DNA from: the human T2T-CHM13v2.0 reference genome, Homo sapiens
Direction: 5' to 3'
DNA length: 64,000 nt
NCBI GenBank assembly: GCA_009914755.4
Contig: CP068257.2
Coordinates: 39,808,001 to 39,872,000 of the forward strand
In this document: piece after piece, positions 57,308 to 64,000 of the stretch
Layout: every line of letters starts with the position of its first letter
Position numbering within the stretch: the stretch's first letter is position 1
The notes under the pieces: generated by a model
What the model was told of the DNA's origin: nothing
The model's database searches: none
Seen by the model: the letters and a program-made list of their open reading frames with translations, nothing else
Made by a program: the position numbers and the translations under genes

Positions 57308-58121
57308 CTGCTGCCTTCCCTGCTTCCTGTGTGTGAGTGTCTTCTCCACCAGGAGATGAGTGCATGGGCAGAGGGCAGGGCGGGTGCCACGCACCCTTGG
57401 GGCTGTGCTGGACCCCCACTCAGGACCTAAAGAAGACCTGAGCCAGCCCTGCCGGGATGGGACGGTGTCAGCTCCTTCCACCTCTTCAAATGAAAAGCTG
57501 AGCTCAGGACCACGGCCCCACGACAGCACTGGGCCATCCCAGAGGAGAGGGACGGTGGCTTCCACATTTGCAAACAGTTTGGAAACTGTAAGCACTCTAA
57601 ACACAGAGATGGGGACACCCAAGTCTAAGCCACCGTCCAAAATTCAGGAGAGAAGAGGCAAGAGCACTGTTGTTCTCTGGTCTTGTCCCTCCTCCCGGGT
57701 CCCACTGGCTGATGAGCACCTGGTGGCCACACCGTGGTGCTGGACCACAGCCCCGCAGATGCTCCAAGTCCACGTTAGGTGGCTGCCAGGGCTCACTAAC
57801 GCCATCCCCCTTTGCTTTCTGGAGAAAGAGACCTGCCGGGCCTCCAGCTCATGGGTGGCATAAAGTGTAGGGCTTTGTCAGCTTCTTGAGCGTGCCTGAT
57901 CTCAGGGGGTGTCCCTTGGACCCAAGGCTGAAGGTGTCTACAGGCCATGGAAATCTAAACCAGGAGCTCCTTGGAAAGAGCGAGACGCCGCTGGGCACAT
58001 TCCAACCCGTGACCCCACCTTCTTCCCTCCCACGCCCCCAGAGACACAGGGAGTACTGTTCTGAAAGTAGAGAGCTTTTCCTAGTTAGAAGTATCAAAAG
58101 GGGGACTCCAGATGAACTTAC

Positions 58122-58165
58122 CTATACAGCGTAAAGAAACCACTGCTTTTGAAGAACAGGCATCA
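58122..58165 (-). CDS. TMPRSS2: TMPRSS2 coding micro-exon (1 nt, then DACSSKAVVSLRCI + 1 nt; 44 nt)
   Basis: Minus acceptor tttttgcag|TGATGCCTG and donor GTATAG|gtaagttc. Joins ...KKLYHS to DACSSKAVVSLRCIA in frame with the flanking exons. Confidence 0.88.
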
Positions 58166-60695
58166 CTGCAAAAAGAACGGGAAATTCTGGTCACGATAGT
58201 GCGGAGTCACCTGCCTCTCACATGCTTAGAAATCAGTCATTTCTTCCGATGTTCCCTCTCCTGTCTTCTGAGACATAGAAGGGTCTGCTAGTTACAACTC
58301 CAATAAGGTAAGTAAATCCATATAGGGACAGTGGCAAAGACCAGACACTGAGCCAAGGTACGCGGCTCACATCCCCACAGTGTGACCTTGGGCAAGTTAC
58401 TTAACCTCTCTTAAAATTGTACCAGCTCCTAGGACGGTTGTGAGGGTAAGCATACAATAATGCTAGTTTTGTTTTTCCTCTTGGAATTTAAAATCATCTT
58501 CTAATTTTTAAGGAAGCCATTTGGAAACCTCTGGGCTCCTATAACTGCTTTAAATTTGTAGTGTTGAAAGCAATATAACCAATAGTTTCCCTAGGATTAG
58601 AAGAAACGTAAGAGTTACTCATTTGGGAGTCAAACATCCCAGGTTATGGATGAAGAGGAAGTAACTGATGCATTTTGTCCTGCAGTGAATTTCCCAGGCT
58701 ATGCTGAGAAGGAAAGACGCGGCCCCTGGCATGCAGAGCTGGCCCGCCCCGACAGCTGGGCCGTGTGCTCTGCGGAACCTGAATTATTTCACTGAGCGTC
58801 AATATCGGACTAGGCCCCTCCATGCCTGAGATGGGGCAAGACACAAGGAGCCTCCTCTGAAATGATGTCTGAATAGACAGAACAGGAACCTTGTGCTCAC
58901 AACCACAAAATCACGATCTGATGTCTCCTCCTGTCCTGGCTAACTTGAGCGACGGACGTTTCTTTACCAATCACAGCTTTAGCCTAGCCTCATTCCAACC
59001 TCCTCCTAGAAAAAAAATAATAAAGCAGCCTCACAGAATTACCCCTGCTTCCTGACAGCATCCAATCCAGAGCAAATCTCTGCTTCCTCCAACCACCCCC
59101 AAACCACCTTGCAGGAGCCCAGGCCCTACAATAATAGGTCCTTCCTGACACCTTCTTACTAAGGCACACCCCCCGGGTTCTCAGTGACTACAGGTGCATT
59201 CCAGGTGGACTCTGGCTCTGGGGCACTGACACGGCCAAGTGAAGACATGTCCCCTTTAAGAGAAGACATTTCCTAAGAATCCTAAGGTCGGTAGGGATAG
59301 CCCTGTGTGGTCACAGCGCCAGGGCACATGTGGTTATTCACAGAAGCCCGACAGAAAACAAGCCAAGAACTCAGGCATCAAAGGGCAACTGCTGCACAGA
59401 AAGAGGAAAAGAAGTGCGCCTCCCCCCACCACCACCACCGAGATAGAATAGAGCCTACCAGACAATGGCCTTCTCTTCTTTCTTCCAAGCCCTCCAGCCT
59501 CCTTGTGAGTTCCCAAGGCTCTTGCCAAGGGACGGCAGCACCTCCTCCCCTCCCCCCGTCCCTGCCCGGCTGGACTTGGCTCCCTGATTCCGTGTGTAAC
59601 CCAGAAAGACAAAGAACCACTCAGCATTTACAAAGTGCCCAGGCAGCTGTGTTTAGCTTCTCCACAGGGACAAACCGCAGCCCTGCTGTTCTGATGGGTG
59701 CACCTGGCCGTGCACAGCCCTCCCCACTGGGCTTGCCCTGCCACATTCCCCAGGACAGCAGGCTGCAGTGGAAGTCAGGCCCCCAGACCCCTCCACCAGC
59801 GGCCTCCAGGAATGCAAACCTGCCCCAGGCTCCCACTCAGAGGAAAGGTGGCGCGGGGTGATTAGTTCATCCTCCCCCGAAATGCAGCACCTGGCACCTG
59901 GCAGGCAGGGAGGTGATGCCTAGACACCAGGCATAAGCCCTGGGGACCTGGGAGGCAAGGAGAGCTCATGGGCAAAGGACACTGTGTATCTTTCACATCA
60001 GAAAACACATAACAGCAACAATCATAGCAAGTCTGCAAACATCCTAAATATGTGCAAAGCAAAAGGAAGAGCCTAAGTCCATCCCCTCTTCTGCCCTCCC
60101 AGCCAGGTCAGCCACTCATCATGTGACCTGTGGCTTGTACCCACTTCTACCCCCTGGAAACACCACAACTCATTCCCAGGCCGCCAGAATGCTGCCCATC
60201 CCTCACAGAGCACCCTCTGGCACTGCTGTCCCGGGGTTGGGGCTAACGGGACCAGCCAGCCCAGCTGCCTGGAATGGAGCAGGACTTCCCTTGCTCAAGC
60301 CAGTGAAGTCCCTGGCAAACTGGAATGAGCCGGTCACCCTGGCTGGGACACTGAGACATTATCTTGGATTCCTAGAACCACGCCCTGACAAAATAGGTAC
60401 ACCTCTAAATGTCTGAAGAGGAAAGAAAACTAAATAGAGTTGAATGTCGATGTTGCAAGTGTGAGCCGCTACCAACAAGGGCAGACGGTAGAGGCTGAAA
60501 ATGAAATAGCAGAGAAACCTCAGCCACTTCCTATGAATAAACCAAGGGCTGCTTAGAGTAACCAGGCCTGGTCAGACTCTAATCTCCTCCCAATGCAAAA
60601 CCCATCCAGACCGAGTATTGCAGCTCAGAGAAATCAGACTCAGGACAACGATTCCCCATGGTGTCTCCTAGTTGATTTCATTCCAAAATTTTTCA

Positions 60696-60890
<195 letters not shown>

Positions 60891-62015
60891 TCATAATACC
60901 GCTCATACGACATTCAGAATAAGAGGGAAAAACCTTAGCATTTAGGAAAAAAAATCACACGTTCTAACCAAGTGCTAGAATATTGTAACGATTTTTCGAT
61001 TCAATAACCCTAAAGTGTCAGACAAAATTCCTTCATTGGTCGTGTTTCTTATCCAGGTTAGGATCAAGAAACTATGAGAAGGACATAGGATTGTATAATC
61101 ATACACACATTTAATCTAATAAAAGGTACAGATGTTAACATGGCCCCAGTTATCAATTCCACCAGGTTCCTGGACTGTGATGGGGGCTTTGCTGTGTAAT
61201 TCACCCCTGCTGTTTAGGGATGTCACAGTGACTAGCTAAGATGCCAACTTTCTCACCGAGTGGTAATTCATTCTGAAAACTGGCATATTGAATACCCTAA
61301 AGTTGCATAGAAATCACCTGGGGACCCTCCCATGGAAAACAAAGTGGCAGTAGCATCCTACCACCCTCTCCCCCGATGCCTGAGGGCTGCCGCATCTCCC
61401 CAGGCAGTGCTGGTAAATGGTAACCACCGCCCCACCCCCGTTAGGAATCACTGTCAGGCGACACACACCCTGTTAAGCCTTCCCACCTTCCCTCAGAGCT
61501 ACGAGCAGGAATGACATTTTTTAAGTATCAGTCTGATTGATTGATTCTCTCCCCAGCTCAAAAGGCTTCCATGGCTCCCGAATGAAGTGAAACTGGCACA
61601 GGATTTGTCTCTGCTGCTCTCCCCAGCCCAACCCTCCTCGCCAGCTGTTCTGGTCCAACCTCTACCCAGGGAGGTGAATGGACCCTGGCTGAGAGGCACC
61701 TTGGAAAAAGAGGCACCTAACGCCCTCAGCCTACCCCTCTGACCAGATGACCACAGCACTGGGCACTCCCGAGCAACCAGGAGTCTATAGAGGCCAAGGA
61801 GGAGGCAGGGCAAGGTGGCAGTGAGCCAAGGTCTGTGTGCTGGGCACAGCCCTAGCAGGACAAATTCCACCTGCTGGTTATAGGGCTCAGCTTTTGGAAG
61901 GTGACAATTGTCCCCAGCACTCATGTGCCGGTGATTTCACAGGGAGGCAGAGAGAGGGTCTTCTCGTGTTTCTGCTGTCTGTTACTGTCACTCGGCGGGT
62001 GCTGCCCCATACTCA

Positions 62016-62478
<463 letters not shown>

Positions 62479-63315
62479 TTGTCCCAACTTGTATCGTCCT
62501 AGCTGCTACCCAAGCCCCGCGCTCTCCACGGCTCCGGAGGTGGCAGCACAGTTCACTCTTCTCAAGGCACTGACCGCACACAAAGGGAGGCCACAAATCT
62601 ATTCTTTTTCTGCTAAAAAGTGCTCTCTACACAAGAGAATTGAAAACAGGCATTGGGTCCAAAACTTGTACAAATGTTCACTGCAACCCTCTTAAAGCAG
62701 CTGAAAGGCGAAAACACTCCAAACGCCCACCAACGGCTGGGTGAGCAGAATAGGATATGTCCAAGATACACAATGGAATACGATTCAGCCAGAAGAGGGA
62801 ATGAAATTCAGGCTGCAACCTGGATGAGTGCTGAAGACCTTATGCTCAGTGAAAGGAGCCGGACATACTGCATGAGCCGACTCACATGGAATGCCACTTA
62901 TATTGTGTGAGCCCACGTATTGCATGATCCCGCTCACATGGAATGCCTAGAGTAGGAAATCTATAGACACTAAGTAGATTAGTGGTTGCTTATGAGTAGG
63001 AGGGACGGGCTGGGAGGAGGGATATGGGGTGATAGTTCAAGGGCTTGGGGTTTCTTTATGAGCTGATGAAAATATGCTAAAATTGACTGTGGTGATAGTT
63101 GCACATATTCGTGAATATATAAAAGCCAGTGAATTATATATTTAAATTTTATGGTACATACATTACATATCAATAAGCTGTTTTATATAAAAAATTATAT
63201 CTCAATAAGCTATTTCATATATATGTTTTATATATAAAAGCACTGAATTATATACTTGAATTTTATGGTACATAAATTAGATCTCAATAAGCTGTTTTTA
63301 AAAATATATAAGATA

Positions 63316-63693
<378 letters not shown>

Positions 63694-64000
63694 TCAACAT
63701 TCTGCTGAAATGATCTCAGCTCTTTTATTTAAAGAAACAAAACATTACAAACACCGTTGAAGTCGCTCCCTATTCCCAATCTCTTCTCTCCCTCCCTAGA
63801 GGTAACCACCATCCAGAGTTTTGGGGACTTTTTGCTGGGCAGGATAATACATGGGGTGGGCGTATTCACAGAACAGAATCCCATGCAGCTTAAGGGTTAA
63901 GCAGAGCATCATGAACAGGAAGAAGCTTGAAAACAGCGCTGTGGGAAAGAGAGCAAGTGATAAATGATGCGTTCAAGTATCACGTTATTCATGCAAAGCT

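Noticed and set aside
54509-57640. 1043-aa minus-strand ORF (P/S/T/H-rich, PLTHPLTPSLTPSPPHSPPH...) and sibling ORFs at 54526-55644, 55872-57419 and 57052-57390
   Set aside because: Pure translation of the C-rich strand of the minisatellite. The low-complexity periodic protein mirrors the 10/20-bp DNA unit, there is no splice or start context, and it lies wholly inside a TMPRSS2 intron. The absence of stop codons is a compositional artefact of the repeat, not a gene.

Overview
This window is human chromosome 21q22.3 sequence. It holds the complete MX1 (MxA) gene on the + strand, then a ~5.3 kb convergent intergenic spacer, then the 3' two-thirds of TMPRSS2 on the - strand. It is a primate genomic segment, not a prokaryotic accessory region.

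MX1:
- The classical promoter carries two ISREs at 6778-6835, followed by noncoding exon 1 (~6860-6918).
- Two further 5'UTR exons sit at 8410-8521 and 11188-11263.
- The ATG is at 12726. The 13 coding exons (12726-39442) translate without interruption into the 662-aa dynamin-like GTPase (1989 nt summed); every intron has AG/GT boundaries.
- The polyA signal is at 39876.
- A GC-rich block at 880-1480 with a tandem-GAAA ISRE cluster lies ~5.5 kb upstream. It is probably the alternative upstream promoter and first exon of the long MX1 transcript.

TMPRSS2 (- strand):
- The last exon (45243-46838) contributes only the codons ADG-stop plus a ~1.6 kb 3'UTR.
- Eight upstream coding exons are identified up to 62143. 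They cover the full serine-protease domain (His, Asp and Ser catalytic exons and the RIVGG activation site) and the SRCR exon.

Repeats:
- About 20 Alu elements.
- An LTR12 element.
- THE1/MST MaLR LTRs, plus a partial MaLR provirus in the MX1-TMPRSS2 spacer.
- An L1 fragment.
- Three (GT)n microsatellites.
- A 29-bp x6 tandem array that duplicates the 5' splice site of an MX1 coding exon.
- A ~2.7 kb G-rich minisatellite (54564-57307) in a TMPRSS2 intron, with a duplicated higher-order structure. It produces the spurious 1043-aa and related minus-strand ORFs in the supplied track.

I find no evidence of a novel gene system. The striking long ORFs are repeat or GC-content artefacts. The features most worth follow-up are the two tandem arrays, the upstream ISRE/GC block and the inverted Alu pairs.
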